A DNA stretch of 64,000 bases from an uncultured delta proteobacterium (GTDB taxonomy: Bacteria > Myxococcota_A > Polyangia > Polyangiales > Houyiibacteriaceae): assembly GCA_963699755.1 (NCBI GenBank), contig CAVOVB010000010.1:160001-224000 (forward strand). Direction: 5' to 3'. Shown here piece by piece: positions 21,143 through 29,657 of this stretch; the first letter of the stretch is position 1; every line of letters begins with the position of its first letter. A model generated the notes under the pieces. It was not told the origin of the DNA, did not search any database, and saw nothing but the letters and a program-made list of their open reading frames with translations. A program made the position numbers and the translations under genes.

Positions 21143-21957
21143 GTAAAGCGATCCGCCAAGGCCTGAATGTGGCGCGGCCCCGTTCCACAGCAACCCCCGA
21201 TGACCGTCGCGCCGGCTTCCCTCCATCGTTCGGCAAGGTCTGCATAGGCCTCCGCGACCGCTGTGCTCGTCGCGCCCCAGCCAAGCGCCTCGTCTCTCCG
21301 TCCAGCGTTGGCATACACGCCTGTCGGAACCGCTAGCGAAGCGATCGCGTCGACGTAGGCCCCGATCTGCGACGCGGCGATGCAGTTGACCAGAAGACGG
21401 CCGATGCCGATCGACACCGCATCCTTTCCGATCCGGGCAAGCTCGGCCGCCGAGAGGAGCTCACCGAAAGGGCCCGCCGTCAGAGACAACCAGACGGGCA
21501 AACCAGTCCGTATCGCTTCCTCGGCGGCAACGAGCGCCTCCTCCCCGTTCGCGAAGGTCTCGCAAAGCAGGATGTCGCAACCCGCAACCGCGAGCGCCGT
21601 CGCCACCTGCCGATGCTCCGGCCGAGCCCCCCGGCCGGGGCTCAGCTCGGGTCGGTAGCAATCCTCGACAGGCGCCATGCTTCCGAGGACTGTCCCCCCG
21701 GGCCCCACTGCATCGCGCGCGATGCGAACCGCGTCCCGGAGCCGGGCAAGCCAATCGTCGCCGAACGCGCGGGGCTGCGTCCGAAACGTGTTGGCGGTGT
21801 GAAGCGTAGCGCCCGCCTCGGCGTACCGAACATGGAGCTCCGTGAGCAACTGTGGAGCCTCGCATATCGCTCGGGCGCTCCACTCCGGCGCCTCGAGGTC
21901 TAGGCCGCTCGAAGCCAGCTCGGTCCCGATCGCTCCATCCAGGATCTGCAACACCAC
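21139..21957 (-). CDS. Homocysteine S-methyltransferase family protein
   Basis: ILDGAIGTEL, WSA, HVRYAEAGA..TANTF, CET, VNC, YAN, IGGCCGTGP Zn ligands. Start inferred at GTG 21957; the longer ORF overlaps the opposite gene. Confidence 0.88.
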   Translation of the reverse strand: MVLQILDGAIGTELASSGLDLEAPEWSARAICEAPQLLTELHVRYAEAGATLHTANTFRTQPRAFGDDWLARLRDAVRIARDAVGPGGTVLGSMAPVEDCYRPELSPGRGARPEHRQVATALAVAGCDILLCETFANGEEALVAAEEAIRTGLPVWLSLTAGPFGELLSAAELARIGKDAVSIGIGRLLVNCIAASQIGAYVDAIASLAVPTGVYANAGRRDEALGWGATSTAVAEAYADLAERWREAGATVIGGCCGTGPRHIQALADRFT

Positions 21958-22012
21958 GACGAGGCCTAGTCTAGCAACTGACCCGGCCCGAGGGAGCTGA
22001 TAGGCTTCGACG

Positions 22013-24148
22013 GTGGACGCCAGGACCCAGACCTCGTTCATCGCGGCCCTTCTCTGCTTCGCGCTCGCCGCCAGCGTTCTTCTGCGCACCCAACGCCAAC
22101 GCAACCGCTGGCTTTTTGGAATCCTCGCTACGAACACCGGCCTCTGGTACGTCAGCACTTTCGTGCTCGGCCTGGTCGGCCGAGTACCGTTCTGGGAGCG
22201 CTTCAATCTGATCTGTGGCGTCTTGCTCCCCCTCGCAGCAGTACGCTTCTTCGGGGTGTTCGCACCCTGGGAGACCGGACGCACGCGCTTTCTCGCCCGT
22301 GCGTCGGTCGTCGCCGCCGTCGTGCTCCTCGGCGCCATGTTGACCCCCTTTTACGATCACGCAGTCGTCGTCGGAGGCCTGCTTCTCTACGCTACCGTGT
22401 TTCTCTCCCTCGCCCTCGGCTACCTCTACAAGCTCGGCTTCGAGACGGATTCTCGTGTCGAAGGCGCGCGTCTTCGCTACATCGCACTGGTCGGCGGATT
22501 CGGCGGCCTCTTCACGTTGATCGAGTATCTCCCCTACGTCGGCCTCGACATCCCCCCCGTCGGAACGATCCTGATCCTGGTCTTCCTCTATGCCCTCTCC
22601 CAGTCGATCACCCACTACCGCCTCTTCGACCTCTATGAGCTCGCCGGCCGCCTTGGTGTCCTGACGGCTCTCGCCTTCGTGCTGGCCTTCATCTTGTGGC
22701 TCATGCGCCTGGTTTCTGGCGAGCAGCTATTCCTCCACGTCGTCGTGTCTGCGTTCGTCGTGCTCATTCTGTTCGACCCGGTCCGAAGCAAGGTTCAGGA
22801 ATGGATCTCGCAAGTGTTCTTCCACGAACGCTTCGAGCTCGAGCGAACGATTCTGGCTCTTCGTAGGTCGGTCGCCCACATCCTCGACATCGACGAGCTC
22901 GGGCAAGTGCTGGTCGAAGGGCTTGCCGCATCGCCGCGATTCACTCAGGGCGCGCTCTACCTTCTCGGTCCCGATGCGCGGGTGTTCAAGCTGAGAAACC
23001 ACTTCGGCCCCAAGTCCGCGGAGCGAGTCGAGATGGCGCCGGCGCGACCCCTGCTCGACCGCCTCTCGAAAATGGGCACGGCCGTGCTCGAGAACGCCGA
23101 ACGCGAGCTCGAAGAGCGAAGGCTCGTCGGCGACGACCGAGAAGCCGAAACCGCGCACGACATCGCGGTCACCATGCGAGCGCTCCAAGCCTCGGTCTGC
23201 CTGGGTCTCCGCGGCGAGTCGGGGCACCTCTACGGCTTTCTCACCCTGCGGGACGATCGCTTGCGGGACGCCTTCTCGCGCGAGGAGGTCCAGCTTCTGG
23301 CAGGCTTGGCCACTCAGGTCGCGGTCACCGTCGAGAACTCCGAGCTCTATCAACAGATGAAGGAAAAGGACCGACTGGCCGCGCTCGGGGAAATGGCCGC
23401 CGGCCTCGCGCACGAAATCCGCAACCCCCTCGGTTCGATCAAGGCGAGCGCCCAGTACTTGTCGGAGACCTCAGCCCAAGCTCAAGACGGCGCCGAGTTC
23501 CTCGACATCATCGTGGACGAGGTCGACCGGCTCAATCGCGTCGTCAGCTCGTTCCTCGATTACGCGCGCCCCGCCCATAGCGACCCTGAGCCAATCCACG
23601 TCAACGCTGCCGTCGAGTTGACGCTCCAATTTCTCCGACCTGAATGCGATTCCGCCAACGTCAGCTTGCACGTCGCGATGGACGAGGACTTGCCGAAAGT
23701 GCGGATCGACATCGAGCACCTCCGACAGGTGCTGATCAACCTCGTCCAGAATGCGGTTCAAGCGATGACGAGCGGCGGCGACATCTTCGTAGAGACGCGC
23801 AGCCAGGATCGCTTCGGCATCGGCGGCGGTGCACGACGCTGGGTTCAAATCAGCGTTCGAGACACCGGCCCAGGAATCGCGCCTGGCTTGCTCGCAAACC
23901 TCTTCGTTCCCTTCGTCACCACCAAACAGCAAGGGACAGGTCTCGGGCTCGCGATCTCACAGCGAATCGTGGCGGAGGCCGGCGGCCGCATCGACGTCCG
24001 CAGTCGCCAAGGGTTTGGCACTACCTTCGTGGTTTTGCTCCCCGCCGAAGGCGAAGCGTCTCTCGACAGTTTCGAGGCCGAAGGAGCAATCGATCGCAGC
24101 GGGGAGACGGCCAGACCGGCCGCTCACCTCGAGCCGGTCAAACCCTGA
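22013..24148 (+). CDS. Membrane-bound sensor histidine kinase (multi-TM - GAF - HisKA - HATPase)
   Basis: Hydrophobic N-terminal third; GAF-like region ending AVTVENSELY; LGEMAAGLAHEIRNPL, NLVQNA, DTGPGI, FVTTKQQGTGLGL. Confidence 0.92.
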   Translation: MDARTQTSFIAALLCFALAASVLLRTQRQRNRWLFGILATNTGLWYVSTFVLGLVGRVPFWERFNLICGVLLPLAAVRFFGVFAPWETGRTRFLARASVVAAVVLLGAMLTPFYDHAVVVGGLLLYATVFLSLALGYLYKLGFETDSRVEGARLRYIALVGGFGGLFTLIEYLPYVGLDIPPVGTILILVFLYALSQSITHYRLFDLYELAGRLGVLTALAFVLAFILWLMRLVSGEQLFLHVVVSAFVVLILFDPVRSKVQEWISQVFFHERFELERTILALRRSVAHILDIDELGQVLVEGLAASPRFTQGALYLLGPDARVFKLRNHFGPKSAERVEMAPARPLLDRLSKMGTAVLENAERELEERRLVGDDREAETAHDIAVTMRALQASVCLGLRGESGHLYGFLTLRDDRLRDAFSREEVQLLAGLATQVAVTVENSELYQQMKEKDRLAALGEMAAGLAHEIRNPLGSIKASAQYLSETSAQAQDGAEFLDIIVDEVDRLNRVVSSFLDYARPAHSDPEPIHVNAAVELTLQFLRPECDSANVSLHVAMDEDLPKVRIDIEHLRQVLINLVQNAVQAMTSGGDIFVETRSQDRFGIGGGARRWVQISVRDTGPGIAPGLLANLFVPFVTTKQQGTGLGLAISQRIVAEAGGRIDVRSRQGFGTTFVVLLPAEGEASLDSFEAEGAIDRSGETARPAAHLEPVKP

Positions 24149-25086
24149 TCGATCGACACGGTCTGCATCCGCACTCGATACAGGCGAAGATCGCTTCGCC
24201 CGAAGCTGTCCTCGGGGAGCCCGTTGTTGCGGAACAGCTTCTTGTACGCTTCGGTCGGGCTGCCCGCCATCTGAGTCGCTCGCGGCAGAAGATAGCGCCA
24301 TCGTGCCGGCTGCTCATAGGCCACCCCGTGCTGTGGCTTCACCAGCGCGTCGATCAGCGAAATCGCCCCCGGGTCGAAGGTACCATCGTCGAACAGGAAG
24401 GCCACCTCGACGTCGAGCTGATCGAGTCGCTCGCCAAGGGGCCCACCCATCATCTCCGTCCGCTCTTCCCAGCGCTCTCTCGCCGCAAGCGACGCAGTGG
24501 TCAGGGCATCGGTGATCGACTGGGCCCGCGCCGAACGCCAAAGCCGTGGACCGAGCGCACCGCTCAGCAAGACCAACACCTCGACCGCTTGTTCCTCGGT
24601 GAGCTCTTCGGGGAACGCGTCGATCGGAGGGGGATCCCTCCCTTCGAGAATGCCCCGCGCCACTCGGGCGAGCACCCGGTCGGAAAGCGCGACCGGCCAC
24701 TTGGTTTCGTCGATGACGTAAAGCAGGCCCTGCTCCGTCAGCGCCGCGCCTCGAAACCCGCGAACCACGCCGCCTGAGGCCAAGCGTCCCGCCAGCGATA
24801 GCTCCGCCCCCGATGGCCGCTCGACAGATACGCCAACCCAGAGGCCCTGAAGCCCGGCGGCGCGGAGCGCCTCGCGCAAGCGTTCGGGATCGACCCCCTC
24901 GACCGCATCCTCGATCGCTGGGTAGGCTCGCACTGGATCCCAGTCGAGACCGCGAGGCGGCGGCACCAGCGCCACGACCCGCGTCCACTGCCGCAGCAGC
25001 GCCGGCACCTCGGGCCGGCTTTGACGCCAGACGAGCAGTGCCCCCGCGACTCCCAAGATTACCAATAGCCAGCCGCGCTTTGCCAT
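24124..25086 (-). CDS. Membrane-anchored hypothetical protein with a divergent AMMECR1-like C-terminal domain
   Basis: N-terminal signal/TM (MAKRGWLLVILGVAGALLVW). C-terminal pattern LARVARGILEG...LDQLDVEVAFL...QHGVAY...YLLP...NGLP...LYRV resembles AMMECR1 by eye. Confidence 0.55.
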   Translation of the reverse strand: MAKRGWLLVILGVAGALLVWRQSRPEVPALLRQWTRVVALVPPPRGLDWDPVRAYPAIEDAVEGVDPERLREALRAAGLQGLWVGVSVERPSGAELSLAGRLASGGVVRGFRGAALTEQGLLYVIDETKWPVALSDRVLARVARGILEGRDPPPIDAFPEELTEEQAVEVLVLLSGALGPRLWRSARAQSITDALTTASLAARERWEERTEMMGGPLGERLDQLDVEVAFLFDDGTFDPGAISLIDALVKPQHGVAYEQPARWRYLLPRATQMAGSPTEAYKKLFRNNGLPEDSFGRSDLRLYRVRMQTVSIDQGLTGSR

Positions 25087-25114
25087 CCCGTTACCCCTTA
25101 TCGTAAGAAGCGGC

Positions 25115-25624
25115 ATGCCCCAAGGTCCCAAGCTCCGCGCGGCCCCGACGGCCAGCCCTTTTCGCGTGGTTTTGGTCGAGCCGGAGATTCCACCCAACAC
25201 CGGAGCGGTCGCCCGCACCTGTGGAGCGACCCAATCACCGCTGCACTTAGTGGGACCGCTCGGCTTCCAGATCGACGAGCACGCGGTCCGCCGCGCGGGT
25301 CTCGACTACTGGGACCTGGTTGAGATCCATCTCCACGAATCATTTGAGGCCTTCGAGGAATCCAATCCACATGTTCGAATTCATTTGTTTTCCGCGAATG
25401 CATCTCGGTCGTACTTGGAGGCTGCGTTCGAGCCCGGGGACGCCTTGGTCTTCGGCCGGGAGTCGGTCGGCCTGCCCCGAGAGCTGTTAGAAGACCGCCA
25501 ACACGTCTGGGCTATCCCGACCATCGGAGCGGTCCGCAGCCTCAATCTGAGCAACGCCGTCGCCATCGTTCTCTACGAGGCTCTGCGCCAGAACCGTGCA
25601 TTCGAGGACACCTTTCTGGGCTAG
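25115..25624 (+). CDS. trmL: tRNA (cytidine/uridine 34-2'-O)-methyltransferase
   Basis: VLVEPEIPPNTG, RRAGLDYW, FGRESVGLP, RSLNLSN, YEALRQ. Confidence 0.95.
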   Translation: MPQGPKLRAAPTASPFRVVLVEPEIPPNTGAVARTCGATQSPLHLVGPLGFQIDEHAVRRAGLDYWDLVEIHLHESFEAFEESNPHVRIHLFSANASRSYLEAAFEPGDALVFGRESVGLPRELLEDRQHVWAIPTIGAVRSLNLSNAVAIVLYEALRQNRAFEDTFLG

Positions 25625-25669
25625 CGGCTGCAGCCGTGAATACCGCCGGACGGGGTGCGTCCGAGCTTC

Positions 25670-26608
25670 ATGGCCAACTCACGCGTAGTCTCTTTTCTTC
25701 CGCTGCTGCTCCTCGCTGGCTGCCCCGTCTACGGCTCGGGGCCGGTCCAGCGCGAAGTTCAGGTCTCCTGTCAGAGCGACTTTGACTGTCCGGCGGACGC
25801 GTTCTGCGATCCGGGGACCCACAGTTGCATCGGCTATGACTTCGGGATCTGTCTCACCTCCGGCGATTGCCCAGTCGGTAGCTACTGCGACCGTGCCGAC
25901 GGCGGATGCTACATCCCCCCCGTCGCCGAATGCCGCACTGACCCCGATTGCATGTCGGGCTTCGAGTGTGACTTCCGCGACAGCTGCCGCCCCGCCGTCG
26001 CTGGGAATTGCCTGGACGATGACGGTTGCTTCGGAGGCGAGCTCTGCATCGAAAACCTCTGCCTCGCGGTCAACGAGACCTGCCAGTTCGACTTCCAGTG
26101 CGCTGCTGGCTTCGCCTGTGCCAACAACCGCTGTCGGCTCCTCTGCGGTCCTGACACGATCTGCCCAAGCGGCACGGCATGCGAGGCAAGTCTCTGTCAG
26201 CCGATCGTGGCCGAGTGCGTCGACAGCAGCGAATGCCCGGACCTCAAGACCAACTGCGTCGAAGGAACTTGCCTGCGTCGCTGCGACGAAGGCTGCAACG
26301 CCGCGATCGAGACTTGTGACCCGGAAGGCTTCTGCCGGCCACGCACCAGCCCGGACCCCGCAGCGCCCATACCCTTCTGCCGCACCGATGCCGACTGCGA
26401 CGGCAGCATCTGTGTCGAGGGATTGTGCCGCACCGAGTGCGACGCTAGCCTTCCCGAGCCCGACTTGATCTGCGCTTCGCGTGACGGTCAGGTTCCCCTC
26501 TGCGGCCCTGACGACCTCTGCTACGCCGAAAGCGAGCTCGAGAGCGACTGCCGGGTCCAGCGTGATTGCCCCGATGGGCAGGACTGCGTCGACGGCAAGT
26601 GCCGCTAG
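25670..26608 (+). CDS. Cysteine-rich repeat lipoprotein
   Basis: Lipobox LLAGC followed by 44 further Cys in eleven 4-Cys modules, many of type CxxDxDC. Confidence 0.85.
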   Translation: MANSRVVSFLPLLLLAGCPVYGSGPVQREVQVSCQSDFDCPADAFCDPGTHSCIGYDFGICLTSGDCPVGSYCDRADGGCYIPPVAECRTDPDCMSGFECDFRDSCRPAVAGNCLDDDGCFGGELCIENLCLAVNETCQFDFQCAAGFACANNRCRLLCGPDTICPSGTACEASLCQPIVAECVDSSECPDLKTNCVEGTCLRRCDEGCNAAIETCDPEGFCRPRTSPDPAAPIPFCRTDADCDGSICVEGLCRTECDASLPEPDLICASRDGQVPLCGPDDLCYAESELESDCRVQRDCPDGQDCVDGKCR

Positions 26609-27771
26609 ACCACCTGGTAGCGTAGGCGCCGGAGGTCCCGAAGGACCCGGTCGATCGAATGCGCGGGCTCGTACCCCAACTCGGTTCGAGCCCGCGTGTC
26701 GTCGACCATGCAGACGTAGCGCAGGTGGTCGAGCTCTTCCGATGGAAACGAGCTGAGCCGTAGCTTCCAGAGCTGGTCGAGCGCTACCTTGGCGAGCGGG
26801 GATGGCACGATTCGCGGACGCCCACCGGTTTTGCGCACGAGATGCGAAAGCGGCATCTCCCCGGGGCCACGGATGTTGAAGATGCCGCGCACGCCAGGAC
26901 GCAGCGCAAGCTGAATCGCGCGAACCACGTCTCGCTCATGCACGACCTGCATCATCGGGTCGAAGCCCATCACCATGACCGGGCGCTCGAGCCGGAGATA
27001 GTTGCTCGCGGCGTTGTGGACCCGGCCGACGATGTGGCAGGGCCGAAGCACCACGGTTTCAGTGTCCGCCTGCTTCCAGAAGAAACCCTGAGCGAGCATA
27101 TCAAGCTCTACTAGATCCCGCATGCCGCCGAAGTGCTGCGCGCCGAGCAGAGGCGCGTCCTCGGTGAGGAACTGAGGGTTGTTGGGCTGGGGGCCGTACA
27201 CATTGGCGCCCGAAAGCACGACCAGCTTGGGCACTTTGTACTGCGTCATGTAGTCGAGCAGCTTCTGGAAGGCGACGATGTTCCAGGAATGCCGGTCGCG
27301 ATCGCTCCGCCGAGGGTCGTGCAGGATCCCGAGGTGGACGACCGCGCGAATGTCGCGGCTGCGGAAGATGTCTTTCATCTTCTTTCGCCGCATGTCGATT
27401 TGATGATGCACGATGTCCTTGGGACGGTCGTCGAAGGAACGGCGGTCGACACCCACGACGCGATCGGTGCGATGCAGCTCTCGCGCGAGAAGCTTCCCGA
27501 GACGGCCACATACACCGGTCACCAAGACCGCGCCCTCGAGCGCGGGCCCTGGACGCTTGCCGGTCGCCGGCTCGGTTCGCGCTTGCACGCGCGCCTGCGC
27601 CTCGGGAGGCCGCTCGAAGTCCACCGCGGGGGCGCTCGAGTGCCCGAAGACGCCACGCGCGACCGGCGTCCTTGTGGAGGGACGCTCCCGAACGGGCTCA
27701 GTCCCCCGGCGTACCCTCGGCTTGCTTCGGTTTCTGGCCTGTGGATTTGGCATCGCTGCTGTCTTGGTCAA
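26605..27771 (-). CDS. NAD-dependent epimerase/dehydratase (extended SDR)
   Basis: VLVTGVCGRLG Rossmann motif, VVHLG, VYGP, LRP..IVG, MQVVHERD. Low-complexity basic N-terminal extension; start uncertain. Confidence 0.85.
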   Translation of the reverse strand: MTKTAAMPNPQARNRSKPRVRRGTEPVRERPSTRTPVARGVFGHSSAPAVDFERPPEAQARVQARTEPATGKRPGPALEGAVLVTGVCGRLGKLLARELHRTDRVVGVDRRSFDDRPKDIVHHQIDMRRKKMKDIFRSRDIRAVVHLGILHDPRRSDRDRHSWNIVAFQKLLDYMTQYKVPKLVVLSGANVYGPQPNNPQFLTEDAPLLGAQHFGGMRDLVELDMLAQGFFWKQADTETVVLRPCHIVGRVHNAASNYLRLERPVMVMGFDPMMQVVHERDVVRAIQLALRPGVRGIFNIRGPGEMPLSHLVRKTGGRPRIVPSPLAKVALDQLWKLRLSSFPSEELDHLRYVCMVDDTRARTELGYEPAHSIDRVLRDLRRLRYQVV

Positions 27772-28697
27772 ATGAAGACGCCCTTCCGCTCACGCAGGCC
27801 GCGGTTCACCATGCTCTGGATGGTACTTTTCACGAGCCATACTTTTTGTTCGATGACGGAGTCGTCGTCGTCCGGGTCGCCTTCGAAGCGAAACGGATCG
27901 CCAAAGTAGAGACGGTATTTCGTAGGCAGGGGTGCAATGATGCCGAAGAAGATCTGCGGCATGACGGGGAACGCCGGCATTCGCAAAAGCCGCGCTAGGG
28001 GTTTGAAGTCAGCGACGGACGGATACTGCTCTTCACCACCGATGACCGCTACCGGGACGATCGGTGTCTTGGTTTCGAGAGCCAGCCGAACGAAGCCCAG
28101 ACCGAAATCGGTCAGCTGATAGCGCTGGTCGAAGGTCTTGCTGATGCCGCGGGCGCCCTCCGGAAAAACGATGAGGCTCTCTTCCTGGCGAAGGAGGCGG
28201 CGCGCGTTTTCGGGCGAGCCAACCACCTGGCCGAGCCGCGGATAGAGGGTGGAGATGAAGGGGAGCTCTGCGGTCCAGGTTTCGACCATGCTCCGCGGGA
28301 ACCTGGGAGGATCCGCATCGAGCATCATGGCGCTGCCGATCATCACCGCATCGACCGGCAATTGGCCAGAGTGGTTGGCCACGATGAGCACTCTGCCCTC
28401 GGGAACCCGGTCGATGCCAAAGACCTCGGTCCGGAAATAACGACGGTGAAGGAGCGCGGCGACCGCCAGGGCATATCGGCTGGTCTCTGGGTCGAAACCG
28501 AACGGATCGTGACCCACCTCGTTGGGATGGGTCTTAATGCCGGCGATGCGGGCATCGAGGTCTTGACCGACCACCTCTTCCGCGAATCGCACCGCCCGAT
28601 TGCCGATGGATCTCACCGCCTGTCGCAGAGGAGAGTCCCCCAGCAACCGAGTCCGCCGCCAGCCGGCGAATGGCACGATCGACCCCCGTTGCGCCAT
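27768..28697 (-). CDS. Lysophospholipid acyltransferase family protein
   Basis: ANHSGQLPVD (HxxxxD-like), VFPEG, GFVRLAL, PIVPVAVIG. ATG 28697 preferred. Confidence 0.88.
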   Translation of the reverse strand: MAQRGSIVPFAGWRRTRLLGDSPLRQAVRSIGNRAVRFAEEVVGQDLDARIAGIKTHPNEVGHDPFGFDPETSRYALAVAALLHRRYFRTEVFGIDRVPEGRVLIVANHSGQLPVDAVMIGSAMMLDADPPRFPRSMVETWTAELPFISTLYPRLGQVVGSPENARRLLRQEESLIVFPEGARGISKTFDQRYQLTDFGLGFVRLALETKTPIVPVAVIGGEEQYPSVADFKPLARLLRMPAFPVMPQIFFGIIAPLPTKYRLYFGDPFRFEGDPDDDDSVIEQKVWLVKSTIQSMVNRGLRERKGVFI

Positions 28698-28768
28698 AGG
28701 GGCTATCGTGGAGACAGAAGATGGAGCCGTCAATTGGAAACGGAGGAACGAGGGGCCATGCTCCAGCC

Positions 28769-29566
28769 ATGAGCGAAGTGTTCGACATCAGTCGTATTGG
28801 CGGGCCGGCCGGATTACGCGCGTTGGAAGAGGTTGTGCGGCGCGCAGGAGACGCCGCGTTGAAGCATTTTCAACAAGGCGTCGTGCCGGAGAAGAAGCCG
28901 GACCGCAGCCCGGTGACGATCGCCGATCGCGAAGCGGAGCAAGTCATTCGGGATCACATCGTCTCGGCCTTTCCGGACGCCAGCTTCCTGGGCGAAGAAA
29001 CCGGCGTTCGCGAAGGCAGCTCCGGGCTCCGATTCATCGTCGATCCGATCGATGGCACCCGCGCCTTCGTTCGCGGCTGGCCGACCTGGTCGGTCCTGCT
29101 GGGCGTCGAGGCCGACGGCGTTCCGGTCGTGGGCATCGCGTACATGCCCGCCGCGGGCGACTTCTTCGTCGCCGTGCAGGGAAAGGGCGCGACACACAAC
29201 GGCAATCGAGTGCGCGTTTCCAGAATCGGGCCGCTCGCCGACGCCACGGTGACCCATGGCGGACTTCAGCAATTTACGATCAGCGGGGTTGGAGAGGCGC
29301 TCCTTCGCTTGTCGGACGCCTGCGACATCGCGCGGGGCTGCCCCGACTTCGACGGCTACCGGCAAATTCTGCTCGGACGCTCGGATGCGATGGTCGATCC
29401 TGGCGTTCAACCCTATGATATCTGCGCACCAGCGGTGCTCATCCGCGAAGCGGGTGGAAGGCTCACGTCCTTCCGTGGCGATGAGACGATCTATGGCGGT
29501 GGAGCCATCGCGAGCAACGGAATCATCCATGACGAGCTCGTCGCGGCGCTAACGGCTACTCGTTAG
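28769..29566 (+). CDS. Inositol monophosphatase family protein, probably a HisN-like histidinol-phosphatase
   Basis: SPVTIADREAE, LGEE, VDPIDGTRAFVRG.P.W, PYD...LIREAGG, ASNG..H. Confidence 0.85.
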   Translation: MSEVFDISRIGGPAGLRALEEVVRRAGDAALKHFQQGVVPEKKPDRSPVTIADREAEQVIRDHIVSAFPDASFLGEETGVREGSSGLRFIVDPIDGTRAFVRGWPTWSVLLGVEADGVPVVGIAYMPAAGDFFVAVQGKGATHNGNRVRVSRIGPLADATVTHGGLQQFTISGVGEALLRLSDACDIARGCPDFDGYRQILLGRSDAMVDPGVQPYDICAPAVLIREAGGRLTSFRGDETIYGGGAIASNGIIHDELVAALTATR

Positions 29567-29657
29567 ATTTACCTGCGCAAACCGGGCGATCGACGCAGCG
29601 GCTTGCTTTCAGGGGCGTCTTGCAGAAAGTTCCCCGCCCGAACCTCAGGAGAGAACT

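Noticed and set aside
25670..26608. Possible multiheme cytochrome or RiPP precursor array
   Set aside because: No CxxCH motifs, no leader/core repeats, and no adjacent modification enzymes.
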